Shown: positions 23,316 through 35,646, counted from the stretch's first letter. The stretch is 64,000 nucleotides of DNA from Adineta vaga (GCA_021613535.1 CP075492.1:17732001-17796000), one strand, 5' to 3'. The notes: generated by a model from the letters alone, not told the origin. Numbers and translations: made by a program.

Positions 23316-26012
23316 TTAATCAGTAGAGGTTCCTTGCAATTTGTCTTTTAAAATTTTGATAATGTCTTTTAAACTTTTCAGTTGAGAATGATTTTCGGGC
23401 AATGTATGTTGTTCAATATCCAGAACACGTTGAAAACAAACTAATGATTTCGAGTACTCTCGCATGTTGTAATATAATACAGCGATATTGTTGTAGGTAG
23501 TTGCCAATTGAGGATGGTTTGGAGCAAAGACTTTTCCCTCGATGTGAAGTGATTTTTCAAAGAAAGTAAGTGCTGTCGAATACTTTCCTATGCTGTTATA
23601 CACCGAGCCGATGTTATTATATAGAATAGCTAAATCAGGATGATTTTTATGTAAAGTGTCTTCTCTGATTTCAAGTGCTCTTTTGAGAAAGGAGAGTGCT
23701 TCAAAATACGCTTCTAGGTTCATGTACACCAGACCGATGTTGTTAAAGGATTCAGCTAATACTGGATGTTTGTTCAGAAAAATTTTTTGTCGAATGTCAA
23801 GGGCTTGTTGATGAAATGAAAGTGCTTTCTGGTATTCTCTCATGTTTAGACATAGTGCACCTATGTTATTGTACGAAGTAGCCAAGTCAGGATGATTGAC
23901 AGGTAGAGTTTGACGACTAATTTCAACAGCTTTTTCGTAGAATGAAAACGCTTTCAAGTATTCGTTCATATTCTCATATATTGTCCCGATATTGTTGTAG
24001 GAAGTAATTAAATCAGAATGGATCGATGCAATAGTTGTCTGTTTGATTTTAAGTGCTTTTTCACAAAAGGAAAGTGCTTTTGAATATTCTCCCATGTTCG
24101 TGTACACTTTACCGATATCGTCGTAGGGACAAGCCAAATCCGGATGATTTGGTGGAAGCACGTTTTCTTTCATTTCAAGTGCTTTTTCGTAGAATACAAG
24201 TGCTTTGGAGTACTCACCCATGTTCATGTGTACCCTTCCAATGTTGTTATAGGTAATACTCAAATCAGGATGATTTCCAGGAAGAGTAGATATGAACATT
24301 TCAAGTGCTTTCTCAAAGAATACGAGTGCTGTTTCATACTTGCCAATCTGATAACTAATTGCAGCAATATTGTTATAAGTAGCAGCCATGTAAGGATGGT
24401 TTTTGGAAAGAGTATTTTCTTTAATTTGAAGTGCTTTGACGCAAAATGACAGAGCCTTCGAATATTCTCCCATGTTCATATGTACTACGCCTAGACTGTT
24501 GTATGATGTAGCCAACTTCGCATGATTTGAAGGAAGAAGTTTTTCATTAATTTCAAGTGATTTTTTGTAATATTCCATAGCCTTATCATAATCACCTTGA
24601 TCGTTTTTTATATAACCTAGTTGATGGTAGAAAGTTGCTTTCTCACATACATTCGATGTCTTTTCAAGAAGTATATTGTACAATGCTTCGGCTTTACCAC
24701 ATTGACCAATTGCCAACAATAAATTACCCAAACGTTGCCATCCTGTATCGCCTGCAGCTTCTTCTGACATCTGTTTGGTCAGTATACGAAGTTGTTCATC
24801 ATCGTCAGCTGTCAGTTGCAATTCGATCTCATACAACCGACCTTGGTTATCGTCCATGGATTTTACCGCACCTATTCGAAATACGGTGTGCATGGAAAAG
24901 AGAACTTCTACTTCTGAACTAAACTGACTAAAATCTCCGATGGATGCATATGGTGTTGACGAAATAGATGGATCGATGGAGATTATGAAAAGAATACCGA
25001 TTAGATTGATATTTTGTATAACACTTTCTGCGAACAATTGAGAAACAGATCTCTGTTCACTGGTAGAGAGGAAGTTATTAAACGACATAAGTCCACCTTT
25101 TGTTTTCAGAAACTTATCAAAGTGCTCCCTGGAAAGACCTTGTCCTCGGTAAACAAGGGACACGTCTTTAAGGTCAGTCTTTATCTGTTGTCGATGCAAA
25201 TATTCGAGTTGTCGATGTAAATCACAAATAAAGAAGCCCATCATGATGATAATGTCGGCTTGCATAGTACGAAGAGCATGGTTGAGTAAAGAATAAAGAA
25301 ACGAATGTGAAGTGTACCAGAAAAGAGTTGATTCCTGAGAGTATTCTTTTTCGAATTGATCAATAATGTTAGGCATAGCACAATCATTTGCTCGACAGAA
25401 TTCACTGAATTTTTTGACTGCTTGTCCGTCATGACCCATTTCAAGTAGAATTTCCTTGAATATCTGAGTATACATAAATGTAGACTCAAGCTGATTGATA
25501 TTTCCAGTGAACGTGGTTTCGTTCGGCGGACCGAAGCTTGGGACATTGGAATCTTGATTATATTGTTTTACAATCGGTTCTAACACTTGACAAAGTTCTT
25601 CGATATTATCATGAACATTCTTGACTTTCTCCCAGTGTTGATTCCGTATTTGATTGTGACAGAGGATATAAATTTCATTTATCTGTGGTATACTGTGAAT
25701 TAATGATATGCAAGGTTGCCCAAGTGTATGGTCTACTACGAGTAATACCTTGGTATCTTCTAGATCACTAATAAAATCAATAGCTTCGTCAAGATCTGCG
25801 AAAACATTGATATCGTTTATAATGGTTCGTAACTGTGCTAGAACATGTTCTTTGTCTTGAACAATGTTGGTATCTATCCAAATAAGTAAATAATCTTGTA
25901 TGATACGTCTTCGTGGTGTAGTTTGACTGTTACCACTTGAAATAGTAGAATAATGTTTGTCAGATACGGATGTGGTCATATCAGTGTGACTTTGTATAGT
26001 TTTTGCTGACAC
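23316..26012 (-). CDS. Receiver-like domain + ART (R-STS-ExE intact) + 42-aa TPR array
   Basis: VYRGQGL, FNNFLSTS, SEVEVLF..HTVFRI, then ~10 repeats of HPDLATSYNNIG.VY.NMGEYSKAL.F.EKAL. Start uncertain (Met at ~25979 or an upstream exon). Confidence 0.92.
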   Translation of the reverse strand: MSAKTIQSHTDMTTSVSDKHYSTISSGNSQTTPRRRIIQDYLLIWIDTNIVQDKEHVLAQLRTIINDINVFADLDEAIDFISDLEDTKVLLVVDHTLGQPCISLIHSIPQINEIYILCHNQIRNQHWEKVKNVHDNIEELCQVLEPIVKQYNQDSNVPSFGPPNETTFTGNINQLESTFMYTQIFKEILLEMGHDGQAVKKFSEFCRANDCAMPNIIDQFEKEYSQESTLFWYTSHSFLYSLLNHALRTMQADIIIMMGFFICDLHRQLEYLHRQQIKTDLKDVSLVYRGQGLSREHFDKFLKTKGGLMSFNNFLSTSEQRSVSQLFAESVIQNINLIGILFIISIDPSISSTPYASIGDFSQFSSEVEVLFSMHTVFRIGAVKSMDDNQGRLYEIELQLTADDDEQLRILTKQMSEEAAGDTGWQRLGNLLLAIGQCGKAEALYNILLEKTSNVCEKATFYHQLGYIKNDQGDYDKAMEYYKKSLEINEKLLPSNHAKLATSYNSLGVVHMNMGEYSKALSFCVKALQIKENTLSKNHPYMAATYNNIAAISYQIGKYETALVFFEKALEMFISTLPGNHPDLSITYNNIGRVHMNMGEYSKALVFYEKALEMKENVLPPNHPDLACPYDDIGKVYTNMGEYSKALSFCEKALKIKQTTIASIHSDLITSYNNIGTIYENMNEYLKAFSFYEKAVEISRQTLPVNHPDLATSYNNIGALCLNMREYQKALSFHQQALDIRQKIFLNKHPVLAESFNNIGLVYMNLEAYFEALSFLKRALEIREDTLHKNHPDLAILYNNIGSVYNSIGKYSTALTFFEKSLHIEGKVFAPNHPQLATTYNNIAVLYYNMREYSKSLVCFQRVLDIEQHTLPENHSQLKSLKDIIKILKDKLQGTSTD

Positions 26013-26358
26013 TCAATAGCAAAGTTCACTCAGATACGATATTATAAATTGCGCTGTAAAGGACAAATCCGTACACACAAGATCTAAACAAGCGTACATG
26101 AAAAAGAGTAATCAACTATCGATTTCATGCAGTTAATTTCTTCACATTATGTCTATCAAGAAAACAAAAGGAAGTGAAATATTGTGAATAGTATTATCTC
26201 AAAAGAATTGTTAGCATACAAGTCATCTAAGTGAAACGTTTGTGAAAAACATAAATTCTATGTTGGAAAATACCAGATGTGATAGTTGTCGACCGAAAAG
26301 TATGCAAGCAAACAGTATAGGGAGATAAATCCAACGGAAATGCGTCACAATGAATAAC

Positions 26359-26770
26359 AAAATCGCTCTTACCTTTCATTCTCGTCACCTTATTTCGATA
26401 ATATATACATACGTTGTTTGAATACCTCTCACGGTTGGATTTTTTCGTTATTTTATTTTTCATCAATCTGCATTATCGTGCCTATTTTTTATCGTATGAC
26501 TCATATTGTTTTTCATTTTTAGATATACAAGCAAAGAAAACATGAGAGCAAATGATGCACAAGGATGGGTGAGTGTGAGTACCGCTATCTTTTGTCACTC
26601 ACACCTACCCTTGAAATAAAATCCTATTTATAACCAATCTGATCCCATAAATCACAATCGTCTTCCACATATTTCTGTCCTAATTAAAATGGATTTTGAA
26701 TGAACATATATGTTTCATTTCCATCGGTGAATTTTGGCCATGACAAAGGTACACTCAATGGATCATTTGG
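26359..26770. repeat. 412-bp direct duplicate of 30711-31122 (carboxylesterase 3' end and downstream DNA)
   Basis: Matches at a constant offset of 4352 from aaaatcgctctt to ggatcatttgg; no differences seen by eye. Confidence 0.95.
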
Positions 26771-26824
26771 GTGTGGGTGTGAGTGCAGAGAAGCATATAA
26801 CCGTTACTCACACCCACCCTCTAG
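26769..26824. repeat. Telomere-like inverted-repeat element at a duplication junction
   Basis: gggtgtgggtgtgagt...actcacacccaccctc. Another copy lies at 26561-26613, duplicated at 30913-30965. Confidence 0.85.
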
Positions 26825-27299
26825 TACAACAAGCCGCTCTATTTCAACCATTTTTTTCTCAACTATCATTTCCATTGATTTCTTTAGTTATCCTTTTCTA
26901 CGTAGTATAAAATAAAATAGAGCATTCGAGTATTTTTTTTAGGCTCGTGAATAACAAGTTGAAGTGTTATTCATAACATTTAATCTAACTTTTAACTCAG
27001 ACCACATTACTGAAATAGTATACGAAACTAAGATTTCATCCTTTGTGATGTTCTATGAATTTTTCAAGAAACAAATGGAAATTCGTTATCTAACGAATAA
27101 AAACATGAGGAGATGAATCCTTTTTAAGTTTCTCATAGCTTATCAAGATCTGCTTAAGGCGAAAAGTTGATAGCTCTGAAACGCTTGAACATATAAATAT
27201 GTTTCCTCATAAAACAATTTGATCAGTGATATAAATCCCATTCACGTACATATTTTTCTTTTACTTCGGATTATTGAGATTCATGGTAAAATTTTGCGC

Positions 27300-28420
27300 A
27301 TTATTTCAGGTTTTGCTTTTCATTAAATTCTAACAAGTAATCTAGCAGAAGTTCGATAATCATCCAAAGATTTTCTATGTTAACAGTTTTTATTCAAGTT
27401 GCACTCGTTTCATCTAGGGACATCTACGTATTGTACACTATGATTCTAAAATATACTTTCTGTAATATTTGGAGACCTTACACGTGCTTTAATAATAAAA
27501 CGATCGATATTTCTAATGCTATCTCGAATAGTATGTTTAACTTTTCACTTATTTTAGTCATTTAAACAAAAATATATTGATATTGATGTATTTTTTAATT
27601 TTCCAATAATTATTTTTTTTATTAAAAGATTTTGTTTCCAGCCAAGGTCTTGATTTTGTTGAAAAGAGAAGTTCTAAAAGATCAATGAAATATAATGAAA
27701 ATAAAACGAAAAAAAACCACTTCATATCGTTTTACAAGAAAGAATCACAACAAATATAGAAAATAATTGTTTATTGAAAAATCAAAGAGATGAAAATATT
27801 GACAATATGAATCAAATGAAAAATCTCAATATAGATGATACTGAGATTATCGATAGCCCGCCATCCGATAGTTTAGAATGTTGCGATGATCTTAATATTA
27901 ATCCTGAAAATATAATACATAATTATACGTAAACACTTCGATCAAAGAATTTTGTTCAAATCTATTAACTTTATTAAGAAAGTTGGATATATGTAAATCT
28001 CATCTGAATTGTTTATTATAATTTATTGATTTAATACTTTTAAACAATATATTTTATCATTGGAAAAAACTTTTTGTGCCAAATGTTCATCGAATCATTT
28101 CAGACCGTTTGTCTTTATTTATGGAATGATTAGAAAAAGATTTATCAAAAAGATTTATATAAGGTTGATGGTATAGATCGATTAATATCGAAATTCTTCT
28201 TTCACATTTCATATAACAGATTTTCTATACACCACTATAGCGACAAAAAATTGAATAAACAATAAAAGAACAACGTATCTATAAAGAAAACTCGAATATA
28301 TACCGCCATTAAAGCATATTTAGATCAACCAATTAGTTATTATTCACGAAATGAGAGGAGGTTTATGAATGATAATCATCAAAATTCTTCATTATATTCC
28401 ACCACATCGATCTGCTAAAC
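27300..28420 (+). mobile_element. Possible highly decayed DNA-transposase remnant (hAT-like)
   Basis: Coding-like fragments with many stops, acidic stretch, KAYLDQP-like segment; no TIRs identified. Confidence 0.25.
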
Positions 28421-28723
28421 CATGCGTAAGACTAAAGAGAATGATGAGAGAAAACAAAAGCAAATCTACGTTGACTGGTTACATTAAATTCGTTATAGTT
28501 TATACTGAGTATTTATAATGTTACTCTATAGAGTATTATTGTCCGTTGATAAGAACAAAAGAGGAATTTTCTATTTCTAATACAGACATATATATAAAAT
28601 ATTCAACAAATAATTTATTCTGAAGAAATAAAAATACAACAAAAAATTGTCCTATATAACAATTTGAAGTAATGTTGAGTGAATAAAATGTATTCATTAA
28701 GTGAACATACATTATTGTTGTGT

Positions 28724-29786
28724 TTATCGTTGGGTGGATGAAGTGGAAGTATCCGGCTAATATAAAAGAAAATACTATGAATAAAGAGATCTATAAAAAT
28801 CTGTTTTACCTGATAATAATTACATGATGTTTTGTGTTGACTATTACCCCTACTTGCAATAAGTTTATAATCAGCCAAACATTCCCAACAAAATTCATGT
28901 TTACAATATCGACATGTCATATGATCACATCCTTCATTTTTTTGAATATACCATTGACATTGTGAACATTTTTTAGTAAATAATTCCAACCATTTGTTAT
29001 TTGCATCGCTCTCCGATGATTGACTTTCTAAAAGATCATATTGATCACATGTCATATCTGTGTGCCAGATGACACGATGTTTGAAACATGTACGTCGATT
29101 ACATTTCAGACATGTTACTGCAGGATTTTCCGATCCTGTAATATCATATAATTGACCTGAGCCACAACCATATGCGCACCAAATAAAGTCAGACATTAGC
29201 GAAAGCTGAAGATTAATCAAATGTTGATCGTACTGTTCAAAAAATGTTTGATTGTTTCCAATGTTAACAAGAATTTGTCGAATTCCATTATAATCCAATA
29301 TTGCATGACAATTTAATTCTGGGCATGTAATATCTTCAAAATAAATTATTGAATCTGCGACAAGAGATTTCGTATTTTCATAAACACAGGAATTACATAC
29401 TGTCCGTTCAATATGTATACACGAATCACTATAGATACCTTCGAATTCATTGAGAGATTTTTCTGTCATACATACAATACATTCACGTGTGATTTCTATA
29501 ATTGGAATCGTAAGTTTTGTCGACTCTGCTCGAGTTTGAGAAGAGATATCATTGATAGTCATTGTTTGTTGAATTAATACTAAAAATAGTCTTTATTTAA
29601 ATAAAGAAGACACGAGCACAACCTACTGTTGATATCATCCATCTGAATAGGACTTCTAGATAAAGAGGAGACACTTGATACTCGATGTTGTGTCTTGTCA
29701 TTTGAATTCAAGAATAATTTTCGAGAATGTGAAAATGAACGATGAGAACGAGATCTACGTGTCGTACAGGTTCTCTTGTGAGGCAT
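28724..29786 (-). CDS. RBR (RING1-IBR-RING2) E3 ubiquitin ligase, 3 exons
   Basis: CIVC...C.H...CNSC...CPELNC; WCAYGCGSGQ...CLKC...CFKH...WH...C; KCSQC...GCDHMTC...HEFCWEC. Introns 29622-29580 and 28809-28757. Confidence 0.9.
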
Positions 29787-30629
29787 GTGTTATTCTGTAA
29801 TATAAAACCATTTAGCATACTCCGTCAGACAAGAAGAGAGATTTTATAATTTCTGTATCGATATACTTACTACGAGAGAATCTAATGCTTTCATTATATA
29901 CTTCAATATGTATTAATAATCATGTTTCAGAATATATGTGACTCAAACTGACACGTATTACATCTTGTTGTAATGACGAAAAATCGAATGAATCAGATTG
30001 TTATTTTGTTCGTTCGTCGTTCTCTCTATTTAGACATTAGATACCAAGGAGCGATGAAAAGAACGACAACACCGTCAACTTCATTTGACGTACATATATA
30101 ATTCACTGCTATCATGAAACACTAAAACGTCAGTTTTTGAACAATACCTCGTAACATTCTATTTGTTGATACAGATTGTAGCACATATTAAACAAAGATT
30201 AAAGAGAGTGACACTAACTTTTCAAATAACGTCTATATTTTCAGAAAGAGAACGCATTGATATTTTAATTCAATTATCTAACAACTATTTTTTATCTTGT
30301 ATATTTATTCTGTATGTCAATCAATTTACAGAGATGAACACATACAATTTATATTCTGCCAAGGACATGATCCCAAAATCTAGAACAGGTCAGCATGTAA
30401 TGACATGTTTTCTGGGATATTTCTCGCAAAAAACCTAGATAATATGGACTTGTACTCTGATGTACTGTGATAACTGCAGAAACACGCTTCCACGATGAAA
30501 ACAAAATCTATGCACAGCATCCGACACACCAATACCTGCTATAAAAATAAAAATCATTTTAAGTTCAAAAATACACAAGATGAATTCTCTCTATTTATTT
30601 ATATTTCGAATATTTATCTATAACTTTTA

Positions 30630-30705
30630 CTTGAGGGTGTAGGTGTGGATGTGGGTGTATCTTCTTCACCCACACGCAAACCCACACCCACACCCACACC
30701 CTCAA
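30630..30705. repeat. Telomere-like inverted-repeat element at a duplication junction
   Basis: cttgagggtgtaggtgtggatgtgggtg...cccacacccacacccacaccctcaa. Confidence 0.9.
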
Positions 30706-30710
30706 TAACA

Positions 30711-31122
30711 AAAATCGCTCTTACCTTTCATTCTCGTCACCTTATTTCGATAATATATACATACGTTGTTTGAATACCTCTCACGGTTGGATTTTTTCGT
30801 TATTTTATTTTTCATCAATCTGCATTATCGTGCCTATTTTTTATCGTATGACTCATATTGTTTTTCATTTTTAGATATACAAGCAAAGAAAACATGAGAG
30901 CAAATGATGCACAAGGATGGGTGAGTGTGAGTACCGCTATCTTTTGTCACTCACACCTACCCTTGAAATAAAATCCTATTTATAACCAATCTGATCCCAT
31001 AAATCACAATCGTCTTCCACATATTTCTGTCCTAATTAAAATGGATTTTGAATGAACATATATGTTTCATTTCCATCGGTGAATTTTGGCCATGACAAAG
31101 GTACACTCAATGGATCATTTGG
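30711..31122. repeat. Copy of the 412-bp duplication contiguous with the carboxylesterase gene
   Basis: Same sequence as 26359-26770. Confidence 0.95.
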
Positions 31123-32814
31123 ATTTTCACTTTTAGCAAAATTTGTCCAATAAGTAGCCATACCTTGTGATATATATCGACCGCTGTCAGTAAAACGTTC
31201 CCAAAATGATTGGAAAATATATGGTAATTCATCTGCATGACACGCATGATCAGGACAATTCAATGAATTTACTTTATTGTATGGATAACCAAATACATAA
31301 GAATACGTTGCAGCTTTTCGAGCAAAAACACGAGTTGAACAAGTAAAAATCCATTCTGTCGCAATTCGAGCAATATTTGGTCGTTGATCGCCTGAAGTTA
31401 ACGGTGGATAATGTTCAAGAATTTTCAGTGCTTTTTCACCAAAAAGACCAATAGCCATTCCTATATATTCACTAACTGTTATATTTTTTTTCAATGCACC
31501 ATAAATCATATAATAACATTCGTCAGTTAATGAACCAATAATCAATGGCTTAAGTGGAAATGATATATTTCGAATTGTACTAATAAGTGTTCCATGTACA
31601 ATATCATTATCAATAACTGGTAACCATGGTTCGAAGAGAAGTAGGATATTTAATGAAGTTAACTTTTGATTTACTTCATTCTGAGCAGTAATAATTTCAT
31701 CCGTTGAACGAGATCGAAAGCATGTGAAATCATTTGGTGAACAATGTAATTGTTCAGCAAGAAGAACATTAGGTGCAACATTCTCCAAGTATGTTCTAAG
31801 TAATATAATAGTAAAGAGAATCTATTATTTTCACTATATTCATGTAGATATACTGTACTTGAAAGGAAAATTCATTGGAGAACTTTGAATAATTGCTCGT
31901 TGAAAAAATGGTTGCATTTCCCTAGTCATATAATGGAGAGCAGTTGATTGTGCACCTGAACTTTGTCCAAATAATGTAATCTAAACAAAGACGAATAGGT
32001 TTTAGGAAATGCGAAATCTATATTGTGTTTAAACCTGATTAGGATCACCACCAAATGCATTGATATTATCTTTTATCCAAGCAATGGCCATACGTTGATC
32101 AAGTATTCCAAAATTACCTTTAATATCATTCGGACCGTTACCAGTTGCCAAGAAACCAAGAACACCTAAAAAGTAATTAAGACTTCAAATAAAAGGTATA
32201 AACAAATTGTCAAAACTTACCTAATCGATGTTGAATCAAGGCAATGATGATATTGGTATTATTCACTAAACGTTCAGATTCGTAGATCGAATCTGATGCA
32301 GAACTAAATTGGAAATCACCACCGGGAATAAAAATCATTACTGGAAGAAGATTTGTTGATGATAGATTATTCGTTAATGGTGTGAAAACATTCAAATAAA
32401 GACAATCTTCTGACATCTACATATTGATTTATGACATGAAATCTCTTCTTCCTTTGTAGAACAAAGACTTACAGCAGGTCGAGTGGTGTATTCCATCATA
32501 CTTTTTGATTGTGGACTGAGAGGTTGTGGACACACATATGCTGGTCGTGTAGCATTGATTATTTTCGGTTCCCATTTTGTAATAAGTACTGGTAATTGCC
32601 ATCTATATTCAAATATAATTACGTCTTCACACAATGATTCACATAATTATTACCTCAATGAACCTACAGGTGGTTGAGCGAATGGAATACCATAAAAGAC
32701 ACGAGACATATTCGTTTGATAACCCAATATATCTCCATAGTGTGTATGAACTACAACAGGTTCATTAGCACAAATATTTCGTATGAAAAGGAATAAGATG
32801 AAAAACAACATCAT
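30976..32814 (-). CDS. Type-B carboxylesterase, multi-exon, secreted; premature stop 20 codons before the natural end
   Basis: Signal peptide, FYGIPFAQPP, SEDCLYLN, PGG, FGGDP, GQSSG nucleophile elbow, DE, CHADEL. TAA at 31038-31036 is followed by LGQKYVEDDCDLWDQIGYK*. Confidence 0.9.
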
Positions 32815-33464
32815 TTGTTTGCAGGACAATCTGTCGTTTAACTAATACAAATGTGGACCTTATTTCTTTTTTTTTATTATAAAACTATTGATAAGAAAGA
32901 AACTGTTATCTTTTGAAGAAAGACTTGAGATATTATAATTTTAACTTTTTTCTACTTTATATGTCATAAAATAGTTAAATACACAGATGGCCGTTTGAAA
33001 AGATTTTTCAGCATAATGAACATTACTTATTTGATTGATAACTTGGATTAAATGCTCGTAATCATCTAGATGCCATTTTGACCATATAAGTATATAGATA
33101 AAGGTGTGGGTGCAGATTGGTATACTGCTTACGGATTCGTCAAATGAAGGTTACAATCCATTTTATCATAGCCATTCTTGAACAGTTAACAATTGTTCTT
33201 ATAGTTTTCTAACTTATTTACATTCGATTTCATACTATATCCTGAAATTCAAATTTTTCACTGGCCATCAGTATGTCAACGCCACCTTTCGCGTACAAAA
33301 CTATTGTTTTTGCCATTGGTATTTTATCTTTTTCCTTTTTACGACGAATCAAGTCAAGTCATCACACCGTGGTTGTAAAAAGGACATAAAAGAAAAGAAG
33401 TAGCATTATAAATTCGATCAAAAACAAGTAAACAATCGACACGCAATACATCAATACAAAATCT

Positions 33465-35646
33465 ATGTTCACATTCGCTACATTACCTGTCGAATTCGTA
33501 TACCGAATTCTCGATCATCTGAACGATTTTGATCTGTTTTGTTCAATGCAAAATATATGTCATCGATTCAATCAAATTCTCCATAGCTATCATAGATACC
33601 AAGTAAATATATACGAGACTCACAACTACCGTTCAAGATGACTACATATCTTCATTAACAGTATAAAGTCCTTTCTTACTTCACAATTCATCTTTTCGAT
33701 ACTCTCCATTAATGCACTCCGCCTACTACTAAACCAGGAAAGAAGTGGATATACAACTTATTTTCTGCATTCAACAACATCTATTGCTAAGCCTCTAGCG
33801 AGAAAAAAAAATGAGATTAAATACAAACTAAACTAAACGATGTCCCAACGTTGACATATTCTATATATAATCTATTCCACTTCTTCGTCATTACCGAATT
33901 GATATTCCCATAGATTTTCACCACATTCATCTCAGAAATGCTATTGCGTAAGAACAACCCGCACAAGACTCCTTTCACCTGACCTAAACCCATTCTAAAT
34001 GCGACGACAAACGAAAAGCGAAAGATTTCACCAATTCTAATACTATTCTTTAGAAGCCCCATTCCGTATTGTTTTTTGGTACATACATACATACATACAT
34101 ACATACGCTGTCGTTCACTATGCTAAATATCAGACAGGATGTAATCCGCCAGCTAGGATCATAGAGCTTCACTGTTGCTCTTCGAATTAATACAATAATC
34201 TTCATTTCTCTTACATCTACAGCACTGTACTTTCTAGACACTCACATCACTAGAACCGTGGAATAATCAAATTCGAGCGTATGGAGCACAGTGTTTGGCT
34301 AATGCGCTTCGAGTGAATACAGTAATGTTCATCCACTCTTCATCTCTCTTACATTCTCAGTACTTTCCTTTCCAGACACTTACCACACTAAAACTGTCAA
34401 GCAATCAAATCGGAGATGAAGGAGCACATTACTTGGCTGATGCTCTTCGAGTCAACACAGTGATATTCATTAACTCTTCATTTCTCTTACATTAACAGTG
34501 ATCTCCTTTCTAGATACTCACCTCACTAAAACTGTCAATGAATCAAATTGGAGCGCAAGGAGCACAGCACTTAGCTGATGCTCTTCGAGTCAATACAGTA
34601 ATCTTTATCCACTCTTCATTTCTCTTACATTCACAGTGCCTCTACTTTCTAGACACTTATTTCACTAGAATTCTGGAACAATCAAATCGGAGATGAAGGA
34701 GCACAGTATTTGGCTGACGTTCTTCGAGTCAACACAGTAAACTGCAACCGCTCTTCATTTCTCATACATACATAGTGATCTCATTTCTAGACACTCACCG
34801 CATTAAAACTATCAATGAATCAAATTGGAGCGCAAGGAGCACAATACTTGGCTGATGCTCTTCTAGTCAACACAGTGATATTCATTAACTCTTCATTTCT
34901 CTTACATTAACAGTGCTCTACTTTCTAGACACTTAATTCACTAGAATTCTGGAACAATCCCATGGGAGATAAAGGAGCACAGTACTTGGCTGATGCTCTT
35001 CGAGTCAACACAGTAATCTTTATATACTCTTCATTCCTCTTTTATTCACAATACTCTACATTCTAGACACTTACCTCCATAGGATTGTGGGATAATCAAA
35101 TTGGAGCGCAAGGAGCACAATATTTGGCTGATGCTCTTCTAGTCAACACAGTGATATTCATTAACTCTTCATTTCTCTTACATTAACAGTGCTCTACTTT
35201 CTAGACACTCATTTCGCTAGAATTCTGGAACAATCCCATGGGAGATAAAGGAACACAGTACTTGAGTGATGCTCTACGAGTTAATACAGTAATGTTCATG
35301 TACTCTTCATTCCTTTTACATTCATAGTGCTGTACTTTTTAGACACTCACCACACTAAAACTGTCAAGCAATGAAATCAGAGATAAAGGAGCACAGTACT
35401 TGGCTGACGTTCTTCGAGTCAACACAGTAAACTGCAACCGCTCTTCATTTCTCTTACATTCACATTACTCTACTTTCTAGACACTCACCGCACTAGATCT
35501 CCGTTACAATCAACTCAGAGATGAAGGAGCACTCCACTTGGATGATGTTCTTCGAGTCAATACGGTAATATTCATTGAGTTCTGTTCTGCATGAAACATT
35601 CATTCAGCTATTGCTTTCGTTTCAGAATATTCGTATTCATTATTGA
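33465..35646 (+). CDS. F-box + ribonuclease-inhibitor/NLRC3-type LRR protein; each LRR on its own 84-nt exon
   Basis: Exon 1 (33465-33602) MFTFATLPVEFVYRILDHL is F-box-like. Ten 84-nt phase-0 exons start at 34238, 34376, 34514, 34653, 34791, 34929, 35067, 35205, 35343 and 35481. Last exon 35626-35646 NIRIHY*. Confidence 0.88.
34080..34106. repeat. (ACAT)n microsatellite
   Basis: About six acat units in intron 1 of the F-box/LRR gene. Confidence 0.9.
34238..35564 (+). repeat. Tandem array of ten ~138-bp exon+intron units
   Basis: Period 138-139 bp; conserved ttctagACACT...CTTCGAGTCAACACAgt. Confidence 0.95.

Noticed and set aside
24053-25546. Short ORFs overlapping the ART-TPR gene
   Set aside because: Antisense or alternative-frame shadows of a long coding region; similar shadows occur at other genes.
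33817-34241. ORFs containing MYVCMYV
   Set aside because: Translation of the (ACAT)n microsatellite.
34238-35564. CRISPR-like or satellite reading of the 138-bp array
   Set aside because: The units are LRR exons with GT-AG introns, there are no unique spacers, and no cas genes are present.
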